Shown in pieces: positions 13,101 through 28,100 of a stretch of 64,000 bases of DNA. Numbering within the stretch: the first letter of the stretch is position 1; every line of letters begins with the position of its first letter. The stretch comes from Mytilus edulis (lineage: Eukaryota), in assembly GCF_963676685.1 (NCBI RefSeq), contig NC_092353.1, forward strand, positions 17,918,001 through 17,982,000. Reading direction: 5' to 3'. Made by a program: the position numbers and the translations under genes. The notes beneath the pieces were generated by a model, which worked only from the letters and a program-made list of their open reading frames with translations, was not told where the DNA came from and ran no database searches.

Positions 13101-16100
13101 CAGAATGATTTATGAAGCGACATTGTCAAAATGTCCTTAAATCGTTTTTAATTTTTTGTCTGTTTAGTAAAGATGCTTCATTGCAATGTAGACATTTGGA
13201 ACAAAAAGTTCAAAAATCCATAAAAGAAGACTATATCCATTGGAATTAGATTTTTTTACATAGACGTTTCCAAAAGATCCAGTACTACGTGTACATCAAA
13301 TAAAATGTGGCTCAAAAAATTAATGTATTGTATCATTTGTATTGTTAATAAGACTTATGATCACAAGGAAACTCCTTCAAGTTACTTTAATATTTTCACC
13401 TTTCTATATGGAAGTCAAGTGTTCTTCAGTATCAAGTGCCTAACCTCAATGACCTCTATGTTTGTCAACAAAATAATCATTTCCCCTTCTTCATTATCAA
13501 TATTAACACTTGACACTCAACTCTACAGATAGTCTTTTGTATAAAGGGACAGTTTGACGTAATTCAAACATAAAATTTAAAATAGAAATAGAATACTCTT
13601 GACTGAGTTTGTTTCTTATTCAACATTTTATCATTGTTTTATTTATTAAAATAATTAAGTTTTGATAGTTGTACTAAAGCCCTGTTTTATTGGCCAAATG
13701 TTTAATCTGCCTTCTATTCTACTTATACATGTATTTGGGGAAAAGGTCATGTTGATGTAATTCACTATCATCTGATGGTCAAATTTATATGCCTCTTCTA
13801 CAATAGTAGGTGAACATTATGTTTTCAGGACTGTGTGTCTGCTGTTTGTTGGTTTTCTAAACATAAAATGAAATATAAAAAAGTGAAATCAGTACATTAT
13901 GATGTTTAAGTTTGGTTTAGGGTAATTTACCATGAAGTCATAGTCTTATCAAAGACAATTTGAATCTTTAAGTAAATGTGGTCAAATTTGATGATGGCTA
14001 AAGTTTAACACACAGAGATATGTAACTAGCAAGGATATGTCAATTAATTTTTTGTGGGTTTTTTTCCATGAAAGTTTGATAATTTGTTCATAAGTTTGCA
14101 AAAAGCTGTTGTTTGACACATATTATACACATATTATACACATAGAAATTATTTATTCAAACTTTTATCAGAATCTACCATTTAAAAAGTCCTGGAAAAG
14201 GGTAGCAGATAATAAGCCACTTCTCATATGGGCTAACATTTTTTTAAAGTCTTCAAGCAAGGGAACTTATGTATTAACCTCAAAATATGTCCCAAGCCTA
14301 CTTTGATTTCAGGTTCCATAAATTGAAAGTCAACTACCATTACTAAATATTTATCTTTTCATAATGTTTTCATTCATGTCATTAGTATCTCTGTAAATTC
14401 TTTAAATACTCTAAACCTACTAATTTTTATTTATACTTTTTCATGCTGATTTCAACATATTCAAGGTTATTAATTTTCACTACTTTTGTGCCTTTGATAT
14501 TTCATGTGCCTGGTAAGAGAAGATGCATGTTTGACAAATTTGTGACAATTATATTTTGTGTTTTTTTTTATTGGCAAACCTGCTGTGGATTCATTATTAT
14601 CATGATAATTAATGAGATACCAATTTTCTTGAATTTAGTGGAATAGGGTAACCATGATATTTAATATTCAACATAAGACACAACTTCTAACAGCTTGTGT
14701 TGACTTTTAATGGCAAGTCCAAGAAAATAAATATCCATGAAATCAAATATCCATGAAAATACAAGTTTTCATGAATTTATGAAAATAAATGATTCGAAAT
14801 AGAAAATATGTGTCCAACAAAAAATAGTTTTCTTCATTATATGCATGTACATGATGTATATGAATGTTTATATTTATTGTCCTTTCCTACATCTACAGCT
14901 TTGAGATGACAGCAGGCATTATCAATACGATGCAATATGTCTGAAGTTAAACTGTCGTCGGGAGGTTAAAAGACCAGTAATAAAACTATGAACAGATAAT
15001 CAAGTTTTCTACATATAGATATATATCTTAAAATATCACATGCTGGACACATAGTGAAGCATTTTGCTCACCAAAAAAGTTCACATTCAATGTTGTTCAC
15101 AGCTGATATTTTATAATATTAATGTGTAGAAAACCTGATAATCTACATGCATGTATACCTACAAAGTCTAGGGTGATAAGAAAGCACAAATTTAATATAA
15201 TATAGGCACAAATGTTTATTTAATAGGGTCATACTAGTAAATGAAAGTATTCATCCATAAAATCAATACAAATGAATTGTTTAAAACTAAAATCAAACTT
15301 TGTCAATGCTGTGACTGGTACATGTTTATATATATTTTTTACAATTAATTCTATTTATGACCTTGACTGCTTTAGTGTTAGATGTTGATGAAGGGTAAAC
15401 ATTGTATTTGTTTTATTCAAGGCTTCTCCTGTAACTAGAGTGAACACCACAGAAAGATTGAGAGCGTTGAGAGACTTGTTTACTGGTAATGGAATTGATG
15501 GCTATATTATACCCTCAGGAGATGCACATCAGGTACAAACATAGTCACAATGACCTATATCTTGAACTAGTTAGACTTGTGTAAAGAAAATAACATCTTG
15601 CTTGTTGAGTTGCTTTTAATTCTACAGATGTGTAGCTATATAACAAAAGGCAAAAGTACTGGAAGCAATTACATAACATTATGTTTTAAAATCTCTTGTA
15701 CCAAATTTATGACAAGAGGCAGATGAGGTGGAGAGCCCCCCTTTTCTGGAAAAAATTTGATTGATTATATAGGGAATCACTGAAGCATGACCCGAGCCCC
15801 TCTTAGGCAGTCAGCGGTCCCCGATCTATCTATAAACTTGGAAACCGTAACTATATCATATCTGTTTAAAGAACTCTAAAAAAAGTTATGCCTATTCAAA
15901 AGTATTTTGTATAAACACTATAGGGGTCAGAAAGGCAAAAGGAGAAGTTATTGTTTAACTACATCACACTTGTGCCTCTACCAAGTAAGGCTATCATGAC
16001 CATGGGGTTAACTTAATATATATAGAACAAAAAAACACAACAGTAGAAAAAATAATATTAGAACCAATGTACTAGTGAACCCAAAATTGTTCACAATTTT

Positions 16101-19100
16101 TTTTTTTACAACATTTGTACTTGTGTGCAGCATTCTGTAGACAGAAGAGGCTAGTTTGAAAGTTCAGATTTCCACACAAATTTGTGTATCTGATTACCAA
16201 GATGTCACGAGTAACACCTATTCTCATATTATATAATTAGCCCCAGAAAAAAAAAGAAGAAAAGAAAGACTGAACTTAATATAATGTTTAGGATTGAAAC
16301 CATAAACACAAATGTTGTTTTGTCTTATTATTCAAACTCAATTATGCATTAAATACTGTGTAGAATATATAATTATCTTGAATGAATTTAAGAATATCTT
16401 AAACAATGTTAAAAGATATCCCATTCTTTGTATATGTTGTTTATGTTTTAGAGTGAATATCCATCAGATTATGATCTCAGAAGAGGATACATCTCAGGGT
16501 TCAGTGGCTCAGCAGGTCAGTAGTAGTTCTTCAACATTCGCCGGACTTCTAAGTGAAAATCTCACATGTGTTAGTTATAACTTTTCCAGTAGTTTAGATA
16601 TAATTTATTCATAAAAAAATCTTCATATATTAATGTCACCAAGAGTTTAAAAAATGATTGAAACCTTGCTTTATGTAATTTTGGGAAATATTCCACAATT
16701 TAATTGTGAAAGGTCAATGATTCAAAGCTACCCGGAGGATGTGAGAATGAACATATATGTTATGAGGTTATATTCCAACCATATATGATGAACTTAAATT
16801 GTTTTGAGGTAAAAAGCAGTTTATTAGTTAATAGTTAGAAGAAGATTTCAAAGATCTATTGCATATCTGTTTGCATACTGTCCTATAAAATGTTTATCAC
16901 GAGACAATAAAGCTGTAACATTGTATAATGAACAAATAAATCAACATCTGTATTTAGTTGTAGATCATCTGTCTGAGATATCTTCATAAAGTACCTACCT
17001 GTTAGACTGATATTCAAACAGACCACTTATTTGCTAATCGGTTTATTACAGTCATAAAGTTTAATTTATGAAGTTTTTGAAGTGTTTTCAAATCTACTTA
17101 ATGAAAAAGTAGCTGTAAATTTTTATGATGTATTGTAACATAAAATACAAATTTGGACCCATTTAACATTAAATCGAAAACAAGCACGCTTTCCAAGTCC
17201 AGTATATTGTAGAATAGATTATTGTTGACAACTCACTTGCACTTATTATAGGACAATAGAATTATAAAGATGTGTTAATACTTTTGTTTAAGACTGTCTC
17301 TGAAGATTTTAATCTACTAAATTTGTGTTTTTGGAGAATCCTGCTGACTTGAGAACTGAAGAAAAAGACACATCTATAATTTTATATGTTTAAATATTCT
17401 AATAAAAATATCTACAGTGTGTCATGTACCTTTTTACATCACACAATTATGTTTAATTTAAACATGTTTATTTATAGTGGATTGGGAAACAGGTTTTGCA
17501 ACTTATATTAATCCCTTTCCACTTTGCGGGTGCAAGTGCTGCCTTGTAGCAGCATTAGCCTTCTCTTAAGTTATTCGAAATCTATGAGGGTGTCTTTAAA
17601 GTGCAAGAGATATGGCTCTCTCTTAACACGGGTCAGGCATTTATTGTCACCTTCCAACAGACTATCATCAATTCCTCAAAACCATACTTGCAAATGGTGT
17701 CAAGGGAGAGCAAAAAATTCAGTCCCTGAAATTTTCATCCTGGTACTGGAATCAAACCAGAAACCTTTGTGTTAGTAGTCTGATGCACTAACCACTACAC
17801 CAAGGCTCTACACAATTATGTACCAGAGCATATATAAAAAAGAAAAATCATAATTCACTTTAATACCCATCCATAGGCACACAATTTTAAATTCATGTCT
17901 CATAATGGAAAGTATACCAATGGGGAAATCAAAAGCCATAAGTTAAAGAAAAACTGACAAAACCTACTGACTAGCAAGTTCATAAAATGTTTCACAAACT
18001 AAATAGTTACCAACACGAATTGCTTCAAAATATAAAATGTACGTCAAATCAAAGATGTGACCCAGATTTTAAAGTGCAATGAATATGCAAGAGAAAGTAG
18101 GGCATGTTATCAGTGGACACATATTCTAATTTGAAAGGAGTTTTTAATATATATATATAATATAAAATTGAGAATGGAAATGGGGAATGTGTCAAAGAGA
18201 CAACAACCCGACCAAATAAAAAACAACAGCAGAGGGTCACCAACAGGTCTTCAATGTAGCGAGAAATTCCCGCACCCGGAGGCGTCCTTCAGCTGGCCCC
18301 TAAACAAATATATACTAGTCCAGTGATAATGAATGCCATACTAATTTCCAAATTGTACACAAGAAACTAAAATTAAAATAATACAAGACTAACAAAGGCC
18401 AGAGGCTCCTGACTTGGGACAGGCGCAAAAATGCGGCGGGGTTAAACATGTTTGTGAGATCTCAACCCTCCCCCTATACCTCTAACCAATGTAGAAAAGT
18501 AAACGCATAACAATACGCACATTAAAATTCAGTTCAAGAAAAGTCAGAGTCTGATGTCAGAAGATGTAACCAAAGAAAATAAACAAAATTACAATAATAC
18601 ATAAATAACAACAGACTACTAGCAGTTAACTGACATGCCAGCTCCAGACTTCAATTAAACTGACTGAAAGATTATGATTTCATCATATGAACATCAGGCA
18701 CAATCCTTCCCGTTAGTGGTTTAGTATCATACCATCATAACATATATGAGAAGAACATAACCCGTGTAATGCCAACAACTGTTTTTAGAATAAATGTGTT
18801 TAGTTCCGATGCAAAGACCTTATCAGTGACTCAATATTAACGCCAAAATATGCAATCTTTAATGACTCGACAACAGTATCGTAATTATATCCCTTCTTAA
18901 TAAGTCTATTCAAATGTTTTGTAAGTTTCTGAGGTGAATACTGACACCTTTGTGCTTTATAAAGAATATTTCCATAAAAAATTGGATGTGAAATACCTGA
19001 ACGTATTAGAAGTCTGCATGTTGAGCTATATTTACGAATGATGTCTTTATACCAATGATAAAATTTAGTAAATGTTTTGACTAGTTTGTGATATCGAAAA

Positions 19101-22100
19101 CCCTGGTATAATAATTTTTCAGTAAAACATAAATTTCTCTCGTTAAAATCTAAAACATTGTTACATACACGAGCGAATCGTACAAGTTACACCGTAAGAT
19201 GGTGACAAGGGAACGTCACCATCTAAAAACGGATAATTAACGATAGGAAATGAAAAATCATCCCTTTTATCATAAATTTTAGTATTCAGCTTTCCATTAG
19301 TGATATAGATATCAAGATCGAGAAAAGGGCAGTGGTCATTGTTAGTATTAGCTTTATTTAAAGTAAGTTCAACAGGATAAATTTCATTAATATACATACT
19401 GAAGTCTGAGTATGCATTTCATTTTTTTTATTGTATATTTATTTCATGTAGAAGAATTGGGATGTGTTTATAGTATTTTAAAGTAATTGTAATTGTTTTA
19501 AAGGAACTGCTATTGTCCTGAAGACGAAAGCAGCTCTATGGACAGATGGGAGATATTATCTAGCTGCTGAAGATGAACTGGATTGTAACTGGATACTAAT
19601 GAGAGCAGGTCAGTAAAAAAAAAAATTTACTGCTGCAAAAACTCAGTACAAAGATTTTTGAGGTCTTTTATGAATATATTAATTATAAGTTAGGAATGCT
19701 ATTTAAACTTGATTTGTTTGAATATAAAAAATAAGATGTGGTATGAATGCCAATGAGACAACTCTCCATCCAAGTCACAATTTGGAAAAGTAAACCATTA
19801 TAGGTCAAACTACTACCTACCTTCAACATTTTCAACACAGAGCCTTGGCTCACACTGAAGACCAAGCTATAAAGGGCCCCAAAAAAGACTAATGATAAAG
19901 AGAATAATGGAAAATATAAGTGCACCAGATGTAGAAAGTTTATTTAAAGATAAGTGTCTTTTGTGGAAACTGTCTTAGTAAAACTGCCATAAAGGTCACC
20001 TCTAGTGTCCTCTACTGAACAAAAACCTTTCTTGTCAGTTCACCTTTTTTTGTTCTTTTTGGGAAAAACCATATCATTAGAACCCCAATTCAACAGTTAC
20101 TTCATAAGGCCACTTGTTTCTTGTCCTCAGAAGGATCTTTATATGCAGGTGTTGCCTGTACTGTACATGAAATCTAAAGTTTTTCTCGAAAATATTCTCT
20201 CATCCAATCATAATACAGTAATATTACATAAGTTGGATTTAAAAGAAATATGTGCAATAATGACATTAATTTTAAATTCAGCTAATGGCTTATTTTAACT
20301 TTTTGAAATATTTACATTTTAATAAAAAGCTTTACACAAAATCTCTATTAATTTGATCTTGATATTTCAGGTGAAAGTGATACACCAACTATGACAAAGT
20401 GGTTAATAGATAATCTTGGAGCGACAAATGGTACTGTTGGAGCTAGTCCTTTCTTTACAAGCAGTAGTAAGTATATATATTTTAAAATGCATAAAGAATC
20501 CATATGACTATACTCTATGGGTTTTGCTCATTGTTGAAGGCTGCATTTTGACCTATATATGCTCATATCAAAGTCTTTTGAACTTTTGGAGATAGTTGTC
20601 TTGCTGGCAATCATCTTAATTAATTTTAACTGGATTTCTGAAGGAAAAATCAAATAACTGATTTTGGGATGTACAGCTGGCAGTGTCTGATAAGTCTTAC
20701 ATACAACTAAAAATTTAGCTTCGGTTGAACTTTATATTCTTGAGTTGTAGCAACATATATGTGCTCCCATAATGTCAGTATATTATGCAGTCTTTTGTTA
20801 ACAAGTCTAATGTGTTATTTGAATTCGATAAAATGATTTCATTTCTAAAAGAAAGAGCAAACTTTTGAAATGGAAATAAAAAGGTATATCATAATTTTCA
20901 TCATCGACAGACTTTAAAAATGTATTCTCTTAACATCCTAGAAACAATAACTGAATTTAATTTATCTTTTTTCCAGGTTCTTGGTTGTCCATGGAGAGTA
21001 CTTTAAAGGAAGGGACAGTTAATATGAAACAAATCACAAATGATTTAATTGACAAGATTTGGACAACAGGCCGACCTTCTGAACCCAACAGTACAATTAA
21101 TGCTTTACCTATGGAATATGCAGGTGAGAGAATAAATTCATTTAAGAAAAAAGGGACTTCATTTTGGAATAAAACTTATTAGTTTGGCTAGCATATTCTA
21201 GTATAAACTTTCACGTAGGCCTTTTTAGTTCTAGCTTACTAGCTGAACACCAATGTGAAAGAAACAATATTTATAACATTTCCTTGTTTGCAACAAAGTT
21301 TTTTTATTGCAACATAGATCATTAAAAAATAACTTTTTATTCTTCAAATCATTGAATATTTAACTAGCCTCAATATTTCTGTGTTAATCTGCTTCAATGG
21401 TTTACATTTTTTTACAGGACGTTCATGGCAAGATAAAATAACTGAAATGCATACAGCTATGACTGAACAGAATGTAGATACCTTGATTGTAACGGGACTT
21501 GATGAAACAGCATGTAAGTTTATTTATACTGATCACTGGAGTTTTCAGCTAAACACATTACAAATTTGTGATGTGAAAAATGTTTGTACCTTTTTTTACT
21601 GTTATAAGTTGTAATGAAAAACAGCCATTTACAGATCTAGAAGTTTAAACTGTTTGAAATATTTTAAGTAATTTAGTATGCAAGCTTATATTGAACTACC
21701 TTTAGTCCTACACATTTCATTTGAGCAAATTGTTAGTGTTTTATTATTAAAAACCTTTTCAGTCAGACATAAATTCTGTTGTGTCGGACAGTTTATGCTC
21801 TCTTAACCTAATAACAAGGTCAATCTATAACATTCAGACCCTATGTTTCTGAATTTTCAATAGGACACTATAAAAATTCAGCAATTTATAAGAAATATTG
21901 TGGCACATAAGATTTAAATAATTATTAGTAGAATTTAAAAACTTTTTCTTTGTTACAAATTGTTAAATATCAGCAACTAAACAGTTTTGGACTGTTTGGA
22001 ACAGTATTTGAATATTTTATGATGTTGGTTTGATTTAGTTAAAACAGATAATTGTTAACAGAAACAACATGTCATGCAAAAATCCTTGAAATAGAAAGAG

Positions 22101-25100
22101 TTATTTTTGTGACTGTATGAAATGGAACTCTATGACATAAACATATTATCTACATTTGAAAGCCCATCGGTACATATGGAAATTAAAATATGTGTTAGAG
22201 ACTCAGTTTTTGTTCCATTGTGATAAGATGGATATTTGTATTTTGCTAAAAATATAACAATGAATTATGTGGCATATTTTAGAAAAAATAGAAACCTTAT
22301 AAGTTTGATTAGATAATCATTTTATTTTACAGGGTTGTTTAACTTAAGAGCTAAGGACATTGCCTTTAATCCTTTCTTCATATCATATGCTATTATTGAT
22401 AGAAAAAACAGTAAAACAAGGTATGGTTATTTAGCTGTCTTTGAAATATAAATAACTTAAAATCAGAAATTATCGTGTGCATTTACTTACCATTGTTGGA
22501 CAATCTACACAAATGCTTATTTAATTATTGTGATTTAAGGAAATGCTATAAACAAATGATGCTACCATATTCAGTATAGTTTGCACTGGTATATAGTCCG
22601 AATCGCCCTTTTCCCATAAAATTTCAGTTAAAAAAACTTTTTGTAACTGTTAGAAAATATCAAATGAAACTCTGGTAATTTCAAATCGTTTGTGGTTGTT
22701 TTCTGTATTTTCTTCGAAAAAACTGTTTTCCATTATCAAACAGAAGCTAAAACTGTTTCTAAATGATTCTAGAACAATTTATGATTGTTAAAAAAAGTCT
22801 AAATCACACAAAAATCAATTAAGAAACTTGTGTATGTTTTAATCAGAATTTTGAATAGCATGAGTAAAAGAAGGGAAAAAATAGTGAGAGTCAAAATGCA
22901 TACATAATAGATATCACTTTAATACAACTTAGAAAGTAAAACAGTTCCATCCTTATGTAAAACAGTGTTAATTATAATTATCACATTAATGTTTGAAGGG
23001 TCTTAAGCTAATACAAAACATATTTTCTGTATGAAACACCATAACGGAACGAATAATAACCAAATACGTTTTGTAGTTTGCATATCGTATTAAAGCTGGT
23101 TTAGGGTTGTCATTTTTACTTGGTTTGTACCGTTTCAAGCAGATACCAGTTTATTTTAAGCAATGCATTGAAAAGAAAAGGGATTTTGTAATGAAGGGTT
23201 TAATTTTTGTTCGAGACTGCAACTTTTGTTGCAGAAAGCTCCACATAGGGATAGTGAGCTGGCGGCTGTGGCAGCGGTGTTAGCTAACTTTTTTAAATCT
23301 TTATATTTTAGAAGGTGGAAGACCTGGATGTTTCATACTTTGTATATGGATGCCTCATGTTACGAAGTTTCCGTCAGTCACATGTCCAATGTCCTTGACC
23401 TCATTTTCATGGTTCAGTGACTACTTGAAAAAAAAGTTAAGAATTTTTGTAATGTTAAATTCTCTCTTATTTTAAGTAATAGGATAACTATATTTGGTAT
23501 GTGTGTACCTTGCAAGGTCCTCATGCCTGTCAGACAGTTTTCACTTGACCTCGACCTGATTTTATGGATTAGTGAACAAGGTTAAGTTTATTGGTCAAGT
23601 CCATATCTGCATGATCTGAGATACTGTAAGCAATAGGTCTAGTATATTCGGTGTATGGAAGCACTGTAAGGTGTACATGTCCAACTGGCAGGTGTCATCT
23701 GACCTTGACCTCATTTTCATGGTTCAGTGGTTATGGTTAAGTTTTTGTGTTTTGGTCTGTTTTTCTTGTACTGTATGAAACAGGTCTACTATATTTGGTG
23801 TATGGAATGATTGTAAGGTGTACATGTCTAGCTGGCAGGTGACATCTGACCTTGACCTCATTTTCATGGTTCAAAGGTCAATGTTTAGTTTTTGAGTTTT
23901 CGTCTTATTTTTCTTTTCTAATACTATATGCAATAGGTCAACTATATTTGGTGTATGGAAATGTTTTATGATCTATATATCAGTCGCATAGGTTTTATTT
24001 GACCTTGACCACATTGTCATGGTTTATTGCTTAGTGTTAAGTATTTGTGTTTTGGTCTGTTTTTCTTAAACTATAAGTAATAGGTCAACTATATTTGTTG
24101 TATGGAAGAATTGTTAGCTGTACATGGCTGCCTGGCATGGTTCATCTGACCTTGACCTCATTTTCATGGTTCAAGGGTCAATGTTTAGTTTTCTTGGTTA
24201 ATGTAAAGTTTATGTAACAGTTCAAATAAGCTTTATATTTAGGACTATCAACATAATATAAATGATAAGTAAAGGAGGCAAGACATTTCAGTGTGTGCAC
24301 TATTGTTTAATTTATCACTATTAATTTGATATTGAATAAAAATAACTTATTAATATGAATGAGGTAAAATTATAAGTTTGAAAAATGGTAAGAGTGCCTG
24401 CTACAATATCAATAACAAACATGGCGGAACGTAAACAAACCACCTTGCCGCGAAATTGAACTTGTTCTCTTATTTCTTGCTTATTGTACTCTATGTTCCG
24501 CACCTCTGTCTGGCAGGTTAAATAAAAACTGGAGACTATACAAGACTTTTAAAGGTATGCAGCATTATTGAGCTATAGACCACAGTTCAACTTGTTATGA
24601 CCAGCTTTGAAAAGTTTTGCATAGATAACTGCAAATGCAATGTTACATCTTTACAGGCTTTTCTTGAATGATAAGAACCGAAAGTTAACAGAAAATTCAA
24701 CAGATGATGCCACGAAACAGAAACTTCATATGCATCTTAATACAGGGAATACTGGTAATTGTAATGGTATGAGTGGACCCTGTGTAGAGGTTTGTATAAA
24801 CTGACCATATATAATGGTTTCTAAAAGTAAAACCACAAAAATACTCAACATTTAGGAAAAGTTCCTAATCAAATGGCAAAATCAAAAGCTCAAACACACG
24901 AAACAAATGGATAACAACTGTCATATTCCTAACTTGGTACAATCATTTTCTTATGTAGAAAATGGTGAACTAAACCTGGTTTTATAGCTATCTAAACCTC
25001 TCACTTGTATGACCATGATGACAGTCACATCAAATTCTATTAAATTGACAACGATGTGTGAATAAAACAAACAAAAATAATAGGTAAAAATGTCAAAAAT

Positions 25101-28100
25101 AATGGTCATGATGTTAAACTTGATGATTGATTGTTGATTATAATGGTCAATTAAGAGAGTCAGAAGCACCTGAAATTCGCAGGCTTTGAATTCACAAGCT
25201 TAGTGGGGACAGGCTAGTGATACAGTAGATATTCTGAGGCCCCTCTAAAACTTTAATATATTTTTTAAAATATAACACGGCCTAACATTAATCTTGACCT
25301 CGCTAAAACAGGAATTATTTGACACAAACTGTATGTTTTTGTATTTTATTATTTAGGTAGTTGATTATAGCACAATGCTGACAGAAGTACAGAATATAAA
25401 TACAGATTCTGGTATCAGTCAAGTATGGGTGGCATTTCAATGTAATTATGCTCTATATTCAGCTCTTAGTTCAAAGGTTGGTAGTCATTACAATATAAGT
25501 CTTGAAATATAATGGAATTTACAGAAAAGTAAAAGTTATCAGGCCCTGAAGAAAAGCCTTTATAAGGTATCATCCAAAAAACACATAATGCCAGCTAAAA
25601 AAGTTAAGTTTATTGCTCAAACCAAAGTAAGACTTTGATTCAGAACCAGATTTTCTGTTAAAAAAGGTTTAGGGGAATAAGTCTGTGGCAGTTATTGCTT
25701 TTAATGTCAGCAATTTTGAATATCTATACTATTAGATCAGAAGATTTAATTTTTGTTTGTTGCTTCTCATCCTACATCCCAATAAATTAATCATCATGCC
25801 TTTGAGTTCCAAAGGTACCATGCATAGTCACATTTCATAAAATTTGCCAGTCATAAAATCTTTTACAAAAATTCCTCCTACAACAGGTTACATATGTTCA
25901 ACCATTCTCTAAATGCTCACAATTTTGCAGATTATGTATGTGTATTTGAAATTTTTTTTTTTTAGAAAGTTCATCAAGCTAACACTCCAGCTGCCTTGAT
26001 AAAGACCAGAAAGAATGCAATAGAACAACAAGGCATGAGAAATTCACATGTAAGTTTTATTTCTTTCAAATGTTAGAAAGTTAAAACTGTTTATTCGTTT
26101 AATACTTTCAATTCTGAAATGTGTGCAATGTTTTATTATTATGATAATTGTGATGGGATAGGTTAAATTTTTGCAAATTTGCACATTAACATTCAAAATT
26201 AGCATTATTTGTTGGCAGTGATTTCTGAAGTTTGATAATTAATCTTTGCATTTTTGTACATTGATCAAATAGCACAATAATAAAAGCTTAAATTTTTGGG
26301 AATTTAAAGAACTTCTTCCTTGTCTGATTTATGAAGATATCATTTCAAATCAGAATTATTTATTTTGTCACTCATTTTAATAAAGAAAGATAGAAAAATC
26401 AAAGCAATTTTTATTAGAAATTTTCAAAATGTTGGCATGAATTATAATTTCTTCTGAAGTTAATTTTTGTGCTGCTTAGTTTTAAAATTTTGACATTTCT
26501 AGTACCAGATTTGGTAACAGCTGAACAAGAAGCAACAAGACATACAAATTTTGAATGAATGAAGATACTAATATATGCTGAGATCTGTCTGGGCATTGTC
26601 AGTTCTGCTTGTATTAATTGGAGATGGCAGCCAGCACATGTATTCTGTTTATTTCACATTTGCATCATTAGGAATGTTTGTTTAACAAAACAAACTGCCA
26701 TATTATTATTTTACTTTAAAAATATAGATATAATTCTTTATGATACTAAAATGGAAAAATACCAGATTCTATTTTAATGACAGCACAACCAAAGTATGTC
26801 AATTTTCAGATCTTTTTAGATTTATGACTTCTAGAATGACATTTGAACTTTTCAGAGATTTATATATTTTTAGAAAAGAGATGCAGTTGCACTGATTACC
26901 TTCATAGCCAATTTAGAGAAAACTGTAAGTACAAAAGACATGATTTTTGTGCATTCATTGCATTTGAGAGATAAATTTTTGCTTTTCAACCTGGGGTCAA
27001 AATAAGCAATGGTCCAGTGGTCGGAGACCAGTAGAATTTGCATCGGACCAGTAGATTTGGCAAGATGGTGATCTCGCCAACTTATAGAAATTTGTCAAGA
27101 AAAATCATTGATAGCATTGTGATCACACTTTTTTGTATCACACTTTACAAAAAAGTGTATCTACCAAAACAATTACATGGTACTGTGGGGTACCAAGTAT
27201 TATATTTTATCTTTTGTCATAAATGGGGGACAGTTAAGTGCAGCATAGCTATATATATAGGGATACAGAAGTGACGTAGGGTTTACCATTATTTCATTTA
27301 ATTATCTAACATTCATACACTAATATAAACTGTCTTTATGTAGGATCATTTCATAAACCTCGACCAGTGAAACATCTCTTTTTTGTATCTTTGATAGATG
27401 AAAGATGGTACAAAGGAATGGACAGAGGTATCAGCAGCATTAGACCTCAAAGAGCATAGATTGTAAGATATATTTGATATTCTAGATAGATCTGCTGCTG
27501 CAGGTTTAAGATATAGACTAAGATAACTCACATTTGAGGATGTTCCAGAAATTTGATTTTGGTAAATTTTTAAGTCTTCAGCTTTCATTTTTAAGTTGAC
27601 CATGGAGTTCAAATAGGTTTAAATGACAAATTATTGTATTAACTCAGATTTTGTTGTTGCCTGATACAGTTGTGGCTGTGGTTAACAAAAGGTCAAAGTT
27701 CTGGTTTAACTTGCAGATAAGTTAGTATGCATAATTATTATAAAGATATATACTGAATTACTGATCTGCAGTTCATTGAAAATGGAAATGTGAGTGCGAG
27801 CAGGGCATGGTGTCAACTATGGAAAAATATTCTTGCATATAAATAGCTATGGGAATTTCCTATAACTTTGAAAAAATCTTCACCTTGACCTTATATATAT
27901 TGTCACAGAATGTGACTGATAGAAGCCTGTTTCCTTTATGTTTTTTTTTTTTCATATTCACATGAACATATTGTATTGTGTAAATTCTAAAGAGGATTGA
28001 TAAAATGATGTATGATTATTTTTCAATTTAGATCTCAAGAAAAAAACCGAGGTTTGAGTTTTTCCAGTATTTCAGCTGTTGGTAGTAATGGAGCCATTAT

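Noticed and set aside
17735-17809. tRNA gene
   Set aside because: It is the A/B-box head of a TSD-flanked SINE with no complete cloverleaf
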